Below the pieces are notes generated by a model that was not told the DNA's origin, searched no databases, and saw only the letters and a list, made by a program, of their open reading frames with translations. Positions 51,305-64,000 of a stretch of DNA of 64,000 nt are shown here, piece after piece; the first letter of the stretch is position 1; each line of letters starts with the position of its first letter. A program made the position numbers and the translations under genes. Source of the DNA: Squalus acanthias (lineage: Eukaryota); the NCBI GenBank assembly GCA_030390025.1, contig CM059432.1, positions 100,814,001-100,878,000 of the forward strand, given 5' to 3'.

Positions 51305-52470
51305 GAGGAACATTGGAACAGGAGTAGATCATTCAGACCCTTCAACCTTTTCTGCCATTCAATTAATCATAGATGATCTGTACCTCAACTCCATTTACCC
51401 ACCTTTGTTCTATATCAACAACAACAACTTGTATTTATATAGCGCCTTTAATACAGTAAAACGTCCCAAGGCACTGCACAGGAGTATTTTAAGACAAAAA
51501 ATTTGACACCGATCCACATAAGGAGAAATTAGGGCAGGTGACCAAAAGCTTGGTCAAAGAGGTAGGTTTTAAGGAGCGTCTTAAAGGAGGAAAGAGAGGC
51601 AACAGAAGGCACGGCCACCAATGGTTGAGCGATTATAATCAGGGATGCTCAAGAGGGCAGAATTAGAGGAGCGCAGATATCTCGGGAGGTTGTGGGGTTG
51701 AAGGAGATTACAGAGATAGGAAGGGGCGAGGCAATGGAGGGATTTGAAAACAAGGATGAGTATATCCCTTGATATACTTATCTAATAAAAATCTATTGAA
51801 CTCAAGTCTTGAAAATTTCAATTGACCCAGCATCCACAGCCTTTTGGGGTAGTGAGTTTCAGATTTCCACTACCCTTTGTGCAAGAAAGTGCTTCCTAAT
51901 TTCACTCTTAAATGGCTTAGCTTTAATTTTAAGATTATGCCTTCTTGTTCTGCATTCCCCCACCAGAGGAAATAGTTTCTCTGTATCTACCCTATTGAAT
52001 CCATGACTAATGTTAAACCCCTTGATTAGATCACCCTTCAACCTTTTAAACTCAAAGGAATACAAACCAAGATTATGCAACCTATCCTCACATTTTAACC
52101 CTTTAACCCTGGTACAATTCTGGTGAATCTGTGCTGTACCCCTTCCAAAGCCAATACATTTTTCTGAGGTTTGATGCCCAAAACTAAACACAATACTCCA
52201 GATGTGGTCTGACCAAGGCTCTGTATAATTGAAACAGCTCTACCTCACTTTTGAATTCCAACCCCCTCGAGATAAAGGTCAACATTTCATTAGCCTTTCC
52301 GATTACTTTTTATATCTGTGCACTAGCTTTTAGCGATACATGGACATCCAAATTCCTTTTCTCCTCCACAACTCCTAGTCTCTCACCATGAAGAAAATAT
52401 TCCGATTTGTCTTTATCTGATCGAAATTGGATAACCTCACACTTCTCCTCATTGAACTCCATCTGTCATA
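51305..52470 (-). mobile_element. Degenerate CR1 3' portion
   Basis: EDRLHNLGLYSFEFKRLKGDLI remnant and tail. Confidence 0.88.
51417..51760 (-). mobile_element. L2 3' fragment nested in CR1
   Basis: (aac)n tail; TSD tatatc at 51411-51416 and 51761-51766. Confidence 0.88.
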
Positions 52471-53066
52471 GTTGTCATTGATCCACGTTTCTTTTTGGTA
52501 TATATAGATAATTTGGACCTGAGCATTGGGAGCAGTCTAGTTACCATTCAAAGATGTACAATTCGGAAATTAAGTGTGCACTCACGTCCAAATATTAGGA
52601 GTCTAGTATCGGATTCAAGACTCAAAATAGTTTCAAAAATTAGTTAAATAATGACATTCTACCCAAGAAGTCTTTACCATGCAATTATATTTTAAGAAAA
52701 AAATGCTAAATCCAAGTACCACTGTGGATAGGAATATCTGGCTTGCATACCCTAATTCCATGCACACAAACTGTAGCCAGTTCACAGTATCAGGTGTATA
52801 TTATATATCTAAATGTGTCAGTGATGTCTCATGACAGAGCATCAATACTGCAATAACTTTATTTTTGTGGCACTGATAGGCTGTCCGGCTTAAATGGCTT
52901 AGATCCAATTTATAATGTCTAATGACAATCCATTCATTAGATATGACGAGAACTAATGTGGCAGTTGCACGAGATGTAGTGTACAACGTACTTTCTATAA
53001 AAAAAATAACTCAAAACTCTGTATCCTACAACAACTTCTTACTTAAATAACTAAATACAACTCATA

Positions 53067-53792
53067 GGGGAGAATTTTAACCCACAGACTGGCAGAAGAG
53101 GGAGAGTTAAATTCTTAAAAACAGGAAACCCGGCCACGAACACGCCTACTTTCGGTTTAACCGGGCCGGGTTGTAGGTTGGGCGAGTAACCTGCTCTCGA
53201 GCGACGGGTCAGGAATTACAATATTTACATGAGGCTATGTGCCTCAGATTTAGCAGCCATGTGGATTTAACGGCTGCGGGGCGGGTTTCCCAGGGCTCGA
53301 GAAACCCGCCAGCTAAAGAGAGGCAAGGACTGCCGGATTCAGCAGTTAAGTGTTTTTCCAGCACTGCTGGTGGGCCTGAAGGAATGGGAGTGCTTCCCTT
53401 CAGCTCCCCACGCTACCACGATCTGCCTCGCTCCCCACGATCGATTGCCCCCCCTGCCTGCGATTCGATGTCTCGCCCACCATGATTAGCTGACCCCCTT
53501 GTGATCCAAACTTCCTGTCGTCCCTGCGATTCTCCCCTGCCCTAAGATCTTCCCCCCCTTGCCCCATGATCTCTCCTTCCCTCTCTCCTCTCCAGTTCTC
53601 AGTTGCGGCCTTCTACCGTAGGCCTTTTTTGCCCGACAGCTGAACAGCCTCTCAATATGGCCAGCTGCCAGGCGGGAAACGGAACAAAAACTTCAAGTGA
53701 GCTCCTGTCGTGCGTTCCCCGTATTTCCGAGTTCTCCGACCGCTAAAAGTCGCCTCCGCTCCTTCTCTGCCTCGCCGTAAATATCCAGGTCC
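53067..53792. mobile_element. Probable Harbinger-type MITE
   Basis: GC/CpG-rich island with ends ggggagaatttt / aaatatccaggtcc; TIR match is imperfect. Confidence 0.55.
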
Positions 53793-55029
53793 TAGTCTTA
53801 AAAACAGCTATAGTAGCATTTTTGCACCAAAATCTCAGGAAAACATGATATCCCATTTGTTTAAACCAAAGTGTAAATGAAGACATTCATGGCGTTTGTA
53901 TATTTTTACTTCATAACTAGTCAATCTCCAATCACATTGCACACAGGAAAGGGTATATTAACTGCCTCCACCCTGCGGAAACTAAGGAGTTAAAATCCAA
54001 GAGGTGGACTTCCTGTTTTTTCCCGCCCCACAGCCATTTTAATGCCGTTGTTTTCTTGTGCAGTTGAGTCACCCACCTGACTCAGGAGCGAGCTTCATGA
54101 ATAAATTTAAATCAGGATCCTGATGGAATTTAAACTGAATGGTGCATCTGCGGCAGTTGCTCCACTCAGTAAAACCTGGTGGACACACAGTGGAGGTCCT
54201 GTCAGGTACGTTTAAAATTTATCTTTGTGGACTCAGGAGAAGCAGGAGTGCTCCTCTGGATCCCACAAAGAAAATATGGGCTGCTGCCGCCGCAAGAAAA
54301 GAAAATTGGGCAAGGTATAAAATGAACTGCTGAAGTAAAGGATATTCAGCCCTCATAAGGTTAAAATACACCCTTCCTAAATAATCCTCATTTTGCTGTA
54401 CCTCAAATGTGCTATAGTTAAAAATCTCATCTCCGTTCATTAGGATACTGTTGATAATGGCAACACATGGTAAAATAATGATTCTATTTTGGATTTAAAA
54501 TGTTCAACGTTTTTCTGCCAAACTCCACCAGCTACCTAATGTGCTGAATCCAAGAGATACAAGGCAATGATTACCTCAAAATATATACAAATAAAATATC
54601 CCTCCTTTTGCCATATAAATTATTCAGAAGATTAATGAATATAAAACAAGTTTAATTGTAGCATATTCCCATTCAGCTTTGTTTGTAGAAATAGGTATCA
54701 AAATGATTCACAGGTTAGTGTCATGGAAATAATCTTTAATCCTTTCTAATAGAATGCAAAGTTTAAGTGATTATTCTAAGCACAAATCACAATATTTGCT
54801 ATCAATTGCCAAACTGACTTCCTATTTATTCAGGAAGTTGAAGTGAATATTCAACTCAATAGTTTACACTTTAGAATTTACAATAGTTTTATCCTTTATT
54901 AAAGGGGAACTTTAACAGTATACATGCATAAAAGTCTTGTGGCTAGCACACATTGTAGCTGTCATATTTCCGCCAACACAATTAATATACAAAGTAAGTG
55001 CCACACTTGCACTTGATTTGCTTTGTTAC

Positions 55030-55345
55030 CATGTCTTTGTTACACCCAGACTTGAATATTGCAATGCTCTCTTGGCTGGCCTCCGACCTTCTACCCTCCG
55101 TAAACTTCAGCTTATCCAAAACTGTGCTGCCCGTATCCTAACTCACATCAAATCCAATTCACCTATTATCCCTGTGCTTGCTGGCCTACATTGGCTCCCA
55201 GTCCGTCAACCGCTCGAATTTAAAATTCTCATCTTTGTATTCAAATCCTTCCATAGCCTCACCCCTCCTAATCTCTGTAACCTCCTCCAGCCCGACAACC
55301 CTCTGAAATCTCTGCACTCCGCCAATTCTGGCCTCTTGCACATCC
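55030..55345 (+). mobile_element. L2 ORF2 C-terminal fragment
   Basis: FVTPRLEYCNALLAGL...LQLIQNCAARIL...LHWLPV. Confidence 0.9.
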
Positions 55346-56476
55346 AGCAGTCAGTTGGGAACTAATTTTGCCAAATAGCCTGAAATAGGCATTAAGCCCC
55401 CAATTTGCATAGGTAATGGGCCTAATGTCTATTTCAGACAGGCGCCCTGGTTGGCAACAGGGCGCTTTAACTAATATGGCCTGTGACTTATACCCGGTGC
55501 GGAATGATCATATACACACTGCATGCCACATTGGACCCTTCAGCACACGTGTTTTGCCTGAAAAACGGGTGCTGCGCAATCCAATTTCTAGGCCGATGTC
55601 TTTCATATTGTACAAGTCCTTATAGATTCTGTAAACTGAAAATATGATAAATTGCATGAAAATAGCCACATATCATTTTAATAATTGTAGTTTAGAATAA
55701 ATTAATTAATTGTAACCTTCACAAATTTTGATACTGTAGCCATGAATGCCACATCAAACCCCATAGGCTCTAATTTCATTTCTTTCATATTTGCATTTAT
55801 TAAACACTGAAAAAAAATTGGATATTTCATCTGCACGCACATCCACAATAGTTTTTCTGTGAAAACTGTTATCTGTCTGGCATTTCAGAAGAACCTTCTT
55901 TGCATTTATATGAGCATGTATCCAAGCTAGCACTGGTAGTCTTCAAGCTAGTTTAAAGAGACATTACCTTCATGAAGTATTTAGTAAGCCTTTTTGTTTG
56001 GGCAGAGAGAAATCTCCCCCCTTCCCCACACCCCACATGACATTCGATACACATTTGTAATAACGTGTTTTGAAGCTGTCTGTATTTATTGCATTGTGTG
56101 CTTGTGAACAGAGAAAAAGGTTTGTCAGAAATGTTTTCATGAAGATAGGGCCCCTTTACAACTTATGGAACTGTAAAGAAGAATCATGACAGTTTTTGTT
56201 ACAAATAATACCAGCCAGAATTTGTATCATAGAGGATTAATAGCTAATGAAGTCAATTGACGATAAAAAAAATCCTGCATTAGAATATAGTCATTAGTTC
56301 AACTAATAAAAGAACTAAATCCATTATCATTCAATACAGTGTGTAACAAACATTACAAAAGTTCTCTCTTTTCCCAGGGTACCATTCTAACCTCTATCTC
56401 AATTTAATCTGCTGAACCAATTACCTCATATTTAGCTCTCTGTATTCCAAGTTAAAGTCCTGTGATAAGTGAACCT

Positions 56477-57985
56477 TTTTTTTGTTCGTTTATGGGATGT
56501 GGGTGTCACTGGCAAGGCCAGCATTTATTGCCCATCCCTAATTGCCCTTGAGAAGGTGGTGGTGAGCCACCTTCTTGAACCACTGCAGTCCGTGTGGTGA
56601 AGGTACTCCCACAGTGCTGTTAGGGTGGGATTTCCAGGAATTTGACCCAGCGACGATGAAGGATTGGCAATATACTATAAGTCAGGATGGTGTGTGACTT
56701 GGAGGGGAACTGGGAGGTGGTGGTGTTCCCAAGCACCTGCTGCCCTTGTCCTTCTAGGTGGAAGAGGTCGCGGGTTCGGGAGGTGCTGCTGAAGAAGCCT
56801 TGGCGAGTTGCTGCAGTGCATCTTGTAGATTGTACACACTGCAGCCACGGTACGCCAGTGGTGGAGGGGGTGAATGTTCAAGGTGGTGGATGGGGTGCCA
56901 ATCAAACGGGCTGCTTTGTCCTGGATGGTGTCAAGCTTCTTGAGTATTGTTGGAGCTGCACTCATCCAGGCAAGTGGAGAGTATTCCATCACACTCCTTA
57001 CTTGTGCCTTGTAGATGATGGAAAGGCTTTGGGGAGTCAGGAGGTGAGACACTCGCTGCAGAATACCTAGGACCTGCTCTTGTTGCCACAGTATTTAAGT
57101 AGCTGGTCCAGTTAAGTTTCTGGTCAATGTTGATCCCAAGGGTGTTGATGGTGGGGGATTCGGCGATGGTAATACCGTTGAATGTCAAGGGGAGGTGGTA
57201 GACTCTCGCTTGTTGGAGATAGTCATTGCCTGGCACTTCTGTGGCGCGAATGTTACCTGCCACTTATCAGCCCAAGCCTGAACGTCATCCAGGTCTTGTT
57301 GCATGCGGGCATGGACTGCTTCATTATCTGAGGAGTTATGAATGGCGCTGAACACTGTGCAGTCATCAGCGAACATCCCCATTTCTGACCTTATGTTGGA
57401 GGGAAGGTCATTGATGAAGCAGCTTAAGATGGTTGGGCCTAGGACACTGCCCTGAGGAACTCCTGCAGCGATGTCCTGGGGCTGAGATGATTGACCTTCA
57501 ACCATCACAACCATCTTCCTTTGTGCTAGGTATGACACCAGCCAGTGGAGCGTTTTCCCCCCCGATTCCCATTGACTTCAGTTTTACTAGGGCTCCTTGA
57601 TGCCACACTCGGTCAAATGCTGCCTTGATGTCAAGGGCAGTCACTCTCACCTCACCTCTGGAATTCAGCTCCTTTGTCCATGTTTGGACCAAGGCTGTAA
57701 TGAGGTCGGGAGCCGAGTGGTCTTGGCGGAACCCAAACTGGGCATCAGTGAGCAGGTTTTTGGTGAGTAAGTGCCACTTGATAGCACTGTCGATGACACC
57801 TTTCATCACTTCGCTGTTGATTGAGAGTGGACTGATGGGGCGGTAATTGGCCTGGTTGGATTTGTCCTGCTTTTTGTGGACAGGACATACCTGGGCAGTT
57901 TTCCACATTGTCGGATAGATGCCAGTATTGTAGCTGTACTGGAACAGCTTGGCTAGAGGCGCGGCTAGTTCTGGTGCACAAGTCT
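56477..57985 (-). mobile_element. 5'-truncated non-LTR retrotransposon of a second CR1/L2-group family
   Basis: [40 protein letters not shown] and YKAQVRSVMEY motifs; poly-A tail. Confidence 0.92.
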
Positions 57986-58599
57986 ACTTGCTGATGATGG
58001 AGAGCTTAGGGCTCACAATGTTTACCAAGCTGAATTCTGTGTCTTCAGTTAGTGTTCAAAAGATGGATGGAATGGTCAATCAGGAAACCCAAGCCTGAGT
58101 TCCTCCCTCACACCTCCAAGGAATCAACACAGTCTATGAAATACTCTTCCTTTCAGAAACACAGTGAACTTCTGATTTCATTTATCATTTGACAGGCATC
58201 GTATTATAGTGTCTAACTGGATTTGAAGAGGAAAGTTTAAGGACTGGTTTACAGATATAATTGGTTCTGGAGAAACCTTTATTACAAACTAATGTTACTA
58301 TCCTAAAGATGCTAATACTTCAAGAAGGTCCATGAAAGGTTTTTTTTTAAAGGAATTCTGCCACAGTACTATAATTTGGTTTATAAGCAAGCCTCTTAGC
58401 TACAAGCACTCTAAATTGGTGCATTTTTAGAAACCAGATTGATCACTGTCCAATGTTTAACCAGAATTTTTAAAGACTTAGCTTTGGATGATTATAAGCA
58501 TTCTATCCGTGACACATAATTGCGCTTAAACTCAGTTTACTAGTGAGTTAATGATACGCTGATGGTGTAAATATATTGCTTATCGTGGTGTAGAGCTAA

Positions 58600-58728
58600 A
58601 TAGAGCAGCACAGCACTCCCTCAGTACTGTATTTAAGTGTCAGCCTAGATTATGTGCTTAAGTGGGGCTTGAACACACAATGTTCAGACTCAGAGTCAAG
58701 TGTTCTACCACTGAGCCAAGGCTGACAC
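58600..58728 (-). mobile_element. 5' part of a DeuSINE-like SINE
   Basis: Reverse complement resembles 2185-2290 (tgtcagccttggctcagtgg...gttcaagcccc). Confidence 0.6.
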
Positions 58729-59099
58729 CTTGAAAAATATTTCTCCTTGAAAAATTAAGTATGGTAAATTGTATGTTATTTATGTAATATAAGCACCCTG
58801 AAAACTGTGTAAGAAAGTATTGTTTTATCTTTGTTACTCTATAGGATTTACTATTGTACAAATGATTCATAAAAAATGTACGAGGAGATCTCCTGCATCA
58901 GGGAGCAGGGAATTGGAGGGAAAGTCCTCAGGCCAGAGGCCATTAGAGAAAGAATAATATTGGGGAAGCTGAGCACAATGTTCAGGATTGATGGGCAGGG
59001 CCCGTCTGGCCAGGACAAAATAGTTTGGACGGACACAGAGGCTGAGCAGTCAAAGACCACAGCAAAGAACCACACTTATTGGGAAGCAGATCAGAGATG

Positions 59100-60200
59100 A
59101 TAATTCTTTGGATAGAGAACTGGTTGGCAGACAGGAAGCAAAGAGTTGGAATAAACGGGTCTTTTTCCAAGTGGCAGGCAGTGACTAGTGGGGTACCACA
59201 GGGATCGGTCCTAGGACCCCAGCTATTCACAATATATATTAATGATCTAGACGAGGGAACTAGATGTAATATCTCCAAGTTTGCAGATGACACAAAGCTG
59301 GGTGGGCGTGTGTGCTGTGAGGAGGAGGCAGAGAAACTCCAGTATGATTTGGACAGGTTGGGTGATTGGGCAGATGCATGGCAGATGCAGTATAATGTGG
59401 ATAAATGCGAGGTTATCCACTTTGGTGGCAAAAACAGGAAAACAGATTATTATCTGAATGGCAATAGATTGGGAAAAGGGGAAGTGCAACGAGACCTGGG
59501 TGTCCTTGTGCACCAGTCGCTGAAGGTAAGCATGCAGGTGCAGCAGGCGGTTAAGAAGGCAAATGGTATGTTGGCCTTCATAGCGAGAGGATTCGAGTAC
59601 AGGATCAAGGATGTCTTGCTGCAGTTGCACAAGGCCTTGGTGAGACCACACCTTGAGTATTGTGTGCAGTTTTGGTCGCCTTATCTGAGGAAGGATGTTC
59701 TTGCCATGGAGGGAGTGCAGCGAAGATTTACCAGACTGATACCTGGGATGGCAGGAATGACGTATGAAGAGAGATTGGGTCGATTAGGCTTATATTCGCT
59801 AGAGTTTCGAAGAATGAGAGGGGATCTCATTGAAACTTATAAAATTCTAACAGGACCAGACAGACTAGATGCAGGAAGGATGTTCCCGATGGTGGGGGAG
59901 TCCAGAACCAGAGGTCACAGTCTAAGGATAAGGGGTAAGCCATTTAGGACTGAGATGAGGAGGAATTTCTTCACCCAGAGAGTGGTGAACCCGTGGAATT
60001 CCCTACCACAGAAGGCAGTTGAGGCCAATTCATTAAATATATTCAAGAAGGAGTTAGATGTATTTCTTAAGGCTAAAGGGATCAAGGGATATGGGGAGAA
60101 AGCAGGGACAGGGTACTGAATTTGGATGATCAGCCATGATCTCATTAAATGGCAGAGCAGGCTCGAGGGGCCAAATGGCCTACTCCTGCTCCTATCTTCT
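59100..60200 (+). mobile_element. Young 5'-truncated CR1
   Basis: Uninterrupted 346-aa ORF 59079-60119 covering the RT end and C-terminus. Confidence 0.96.
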
Positions 60201-62934
60201 ATAAGAACATAAGAACATAAGAAATAGGAGCAGGAGTCGGCCAATCGGCCCCTCGAGCCTGCTCCGCCATTCAATAAGATCATGGCTGATCTGATCCTAA
60301 CCGCCAATCTACTATCTACTATCACAGAACCATCTCCTGCATCTAACAGAATTGCACACACGAAATAGGAGCAGAATCAGGCTACACGGTCCCTGGGCCC
60401 GCTCCACTACCCCAGGGCCATGACCGATCCGAACCTAGACTCATGTCCAAATTCCTGCCCGCTCCCCGTAACCCTTAATGCCCTTTACTTCTAGGAAACT
60501 GTCTATTTCTGTTTTAAATTTATTTAATGATGTAGCTTCTACAGCTTTTTGTGGCAGCATATTCCATGGACCTACCACCCTCTGAGTGAAGTAGTTCCTC
60601 CTCATCTCAGTTTTGAAAGAGCAGCCCCTTATTCTAAGACTATGTCCCCTAGTTCTAGTCTCACCCATCATCGGGAACATCCTCCCCGCATCCACCCGAT
60701 CCAACCCCTTCACAATCTTATATGTTTCAATAAGATCGCCTCTCATTCTTCTGAACTCCAATGAGTAGAGTCCCAATCTACACAACCTCTCCTCATATGA
60801 CCACCCCCTCATCCCCGGGATTAACCGAGTGAACCTTTTTTGCACTGCCTCGAGAGCAAGGATGTCTTTCCTTAAGTAAGGACACCAAAACTGTATGCAG
60901 TATTCCAGGTGCGGTCTCACCAATACCTTGTACAACTGAAGCAATACCTCCCTATTTTTATATTCTATCCCCCTAGCAATGAAAGCCAACATTCCATTTG
61001 CCTTCTTAATCACTTGCTGCAGCTGCATACTAACCTTTTGAGTTTCGTGCACCAGGACCCCCAGATCCCTTTGCACTTCAGTACTCTCCAGTTTCTTGCC
61101 ATTAAGATAATAAATTGCTCTAGGATTTTTCCTGCCAAAGTGCATCACCTCACACTTTCCAGTGTTGTATTCCATCTGCCAAATCTCTGCCCACTTACTT
61201 AGCCTGTCTATGTCCCCTTGCAGGTTTTTTATGTCCTCCTCACTCACTACTTTCCCTCCCATCTTAGCATCATCTGCAAATTTTGATATGTTACACTTGG
61301 TCCCTTCCTCCAAATCGTTAATATAGATTGTAAAGAGTTGGGGACCCAGCACTGACCCCTGTGGAACACCACTAGTTACTGATTGCCAGTCTGAGAATGA
61401 ACCATTTATCCCAACTCTTTGCTTTCTGTTAGATAGCCAATCCTCTATCCATGCCAGAATATTACCCCCAATCCCGTGATTTTTTACCTTAAGCAATAAT
61501 CTTTTGTGTGGCACCTTGTCAAATGCCTTTTGGAAGTCTAAATACACTACGTCCACTGGTTCCCCTTTATCCACTCTATATGTTACTTCCTCAAAGAACT
61601 CCAGCAAATTTGTCAAACATGACTTCCCCTTCGTAAAACCATGCTGACTTTGTCCTATTAAATTATGGTTATCCAAATGTCCTGTTACTGTTTCCTTAAT
61701 AATGGACTCCAAAATTTTACCTACCACAGATGTTAGGCTAACCGGTCTATAGTTACCAGCCTTCTGTCTACTGCCCTTTTTAAATAAGGGTGTTACATTA
61801 GCAGTTTTCCAGTCTGCCGGGACCTTAGCGGAATCCAGGGAGTTTTGAAAAATTATTACCAATGCATCTACAATCCCTACCGCCACTTCCTTCAAGACTC
61901 TAGGATGTAAGCCATCAGGTCCAGGTGATTTATCCGCCTTGAGTCCCATTATTTTACCGAGTACCACTTCCTTAGTGATTTTGATCGTGTTTAGCTCCTC
62001 TCCCCCTATAGCCCCCTGTTTGTCCAGTGTTGGGATATTCTTAGTGTCCTCTACTGTAAAGACTGATACAAAATATTCATTCAGTGTTTTTGCCATCTCC
62101 ATATTTCCCACCATTAATTTCCCGGTCTCATCCTCTAAGGGACCAACATTTACTTTAGCCACCCTTTTTCTTTTTATATAACTATAAAAACTCTTACTAT
62201 CTGTTTTTATATGTTTTGCTAATTTACTTTCATAATCTATCTTCCCTTTCTTAATCAATCTTTTTGTTATTTTTTGCTGCCTTTCAAAGTTTTCCCAATC
62301 CTCTGTCCTCCCACTAGATTTCGCTACCTTATATGCCCTTGTTTTTAGTCGAATACTATCCTTAATTTCTTTACTTAGCCACGGATGACTGTCCTTTCTT
62401 TTACACCCTTTTCTTTTCAGTGGAATATATATTTTTTGGAAGTTGTAAAATAACTCCTTGAATGTACACGACTGATCATGTGTCGTCTTACCCTTTAATC
62501 TATTTTCCCAATCCACTCTGCTCAATTCCGCTCGCATACCTTCATAGTCTCCTTTATTCAAGCTTAGCACGCTTGTTTGAGATCCAACCTTCTCACCCTC
62601 TAATTGAATATGGAATTCAACCATGTTATGGTCACTCATTCCAAGGGGATCCTTTACTAGGACATTTTTAATTAATCCTGTCTCGTTACACAGGACCAGA
62701 TCTAAGGTTGCTTGCCCCCTGGTCGGTTCAGTTACATACTGCTCAAGAAACCCATCCCTAATACACTCAATGAACTCATCCTCAAGGCAGCCCTGCCCCA
62801 TTTGATTTGTCCAATTAATATGATAGTTAAAATCCCCATAATTATAGATGTTCCCTTATTACATGCCTCAACTATTTCCTGATTGATACTCCGTCCAACA
62901 GAGTTGCAACTGTTCGGAGGCCTATAGACTACGT
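60201..62934 (-). mobile_element. Young 5'-truncated CR1
   Basis: 786-aa ORF plus upstream VVYRPPN across a 1-nt frameshift near 62835; (taagaaca)n tail. Confidence 0.97.
60441..62801 (-). pseudogene. CR1 ORF2 open segment (partial APE endonuclease plus complete RT)
   Basis: [41 protein letters not shown] and KFADD motifs with no internal stops. Confidence 0.93.
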
Positions 62935-62939
62935 CATTA

Positions 62940-63160
62940 CGAACAACATTTATATCGCGCTTTTAAGGTAGAAAAACATCCCAGGAAAAATGGACGGTGA
63001 GCCAAATGAGGGCAGATTAGGGAGGAGGGAGGGTGGAATGACCAAAAGCTTGGTCAAAAAACTGAGTTTTAAGGAGGAGAGGGAGTTGGCCAGGCAGCGC
63101 AGTTTAGGGAAGGAATTCCAGGAGGTGGAACCAAGACAGATGGAAAGGTCACCAATACTG
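62940..63160 (-). mobile_element. Degenerate L2 tail
   Basis: aacaacatttatatcgcgc...gaccaaaagcttggtcaaa. Confidence 0.7.
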
Positions 63161-63342
63161 TAGTGAAAAGTCTTTTACTTGCATAAGGCATTCAAGTGCT
63201 ACTGGCACCCATTTACGTATACTCAGCACAATTGATCATCTTAAGGAAAGAAGCAGAAGAGAGAAAATTGGTAGGGTAGGGGAGAAGAGAGCACCAGGGG
63301 CAGTGGTGAAATTTAAAAAGAAAAGCTCATTTCCAATTAAAA

Positions 63343-63760
63343 GGGTACAGTAATGTACTGGTTATGTTACAGGACTAGTAATCCGGAGGCCTGGGCTAAT
63401 AATACAGAGAACCTGAATTCAAATCCCACGTTATCAGTTTGAGAATTCAGTTTTAAAATGTCTGGAGGAAAAAGCTGGTACTAGTAAAAGTGACCATGAA
63501 ACTGTTGGATTGTCGTAAAAGCCCAACTGGTTCACTAATGTCCTTCAGGGAAGGAAGCTTGCTGTCCTTGCCTGATCTGTCCTATATGTAACACCAGACC
63601 CACATCAACATGATTAACATTTAACTGCCTATCAAGCCACTCAGTCGTATCAAACAGCTTCAAGAAGAAGACCCACTATGACCTTCGCAGGGCAACTAGG
63701 GATGGGAAATAAATGCCGGCTTGACTTGCCAGCAATGCCCACATCCTGACAATGAAATTT
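63343..63760 (+). mobile_element. SINE family A copy
   Basis: Collinear with 5943-6332. Confidence 0.87.
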
Positions 63761-63769
63761 TGTTTTATA

Positions 63770-64000
63770 TTCATTCCTGGGGTGTGGGCGTCGCTGGCAT
63801 TTATTGCCCATCCCTAATTGCCCTTGAGAAGGTGGTGGTGAGCCGCCTTCTTGAACCTCTGCAGTCCATGTGGTGAAGGTACTCCCACAGTGCTGTTAGG
63901 GAGGGAGTTCCAGGATTTTGACCCAGCGACAATAAAGGAACGGCGATATATTTCCAAGTCAGGATGGTGTGTGACTTGGAGGGGAACTTGCAGGTGGTGG
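63770..64000 (-). mobile_element. 3' end of the 56477-type LINE (runs off the window)
   Basis: Near-identical to about 56490-56720. Confidence 0.9.

Overview
Vertebrate genomic DNA, most likely a cartilaginous fish (inferred from the repeat families, not checked by search). The only host coding sequence I can support is three consecutive minus-strand exons of CSMD3 (11622-11804 Sushi, 4079-4405 CUB, 433-627 Sushi). All three have GT-AG boundaries and splice in frame. I found no further exon in 11805-64000, so that is probably one intron of more than 52 kb. The introns are packed with nested transposons. These include many CR1 LINEs, one near full length with an SGNH-esterase ORF1 and an 80-bp tandem array at its 5' end, and one with a 786-aa open ORF2 segment. 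L2, RTE and Tx1-like LINE fragments, at least four SINE families, PIF/Harbinger relics and MITEs, two solo LTRs and Penelope-like fragments are also present. The best leads are: two intact-looking minimal hammerhead ribozyme motifs on the CSMD3 pre-mRNA strand; a candidate 16-nt frameshifting microexon behind a long AG-free pyrimidine tract; a Harbinger MITE with four back-to-back hairpins built on TGACAG motifs; a 1.45-kb solo LTR with a 4-bp TSD; and an LF-SINE-like copy. Family names come from recalled consensus sequences, and repeat edges without a stated TSD are approximate.
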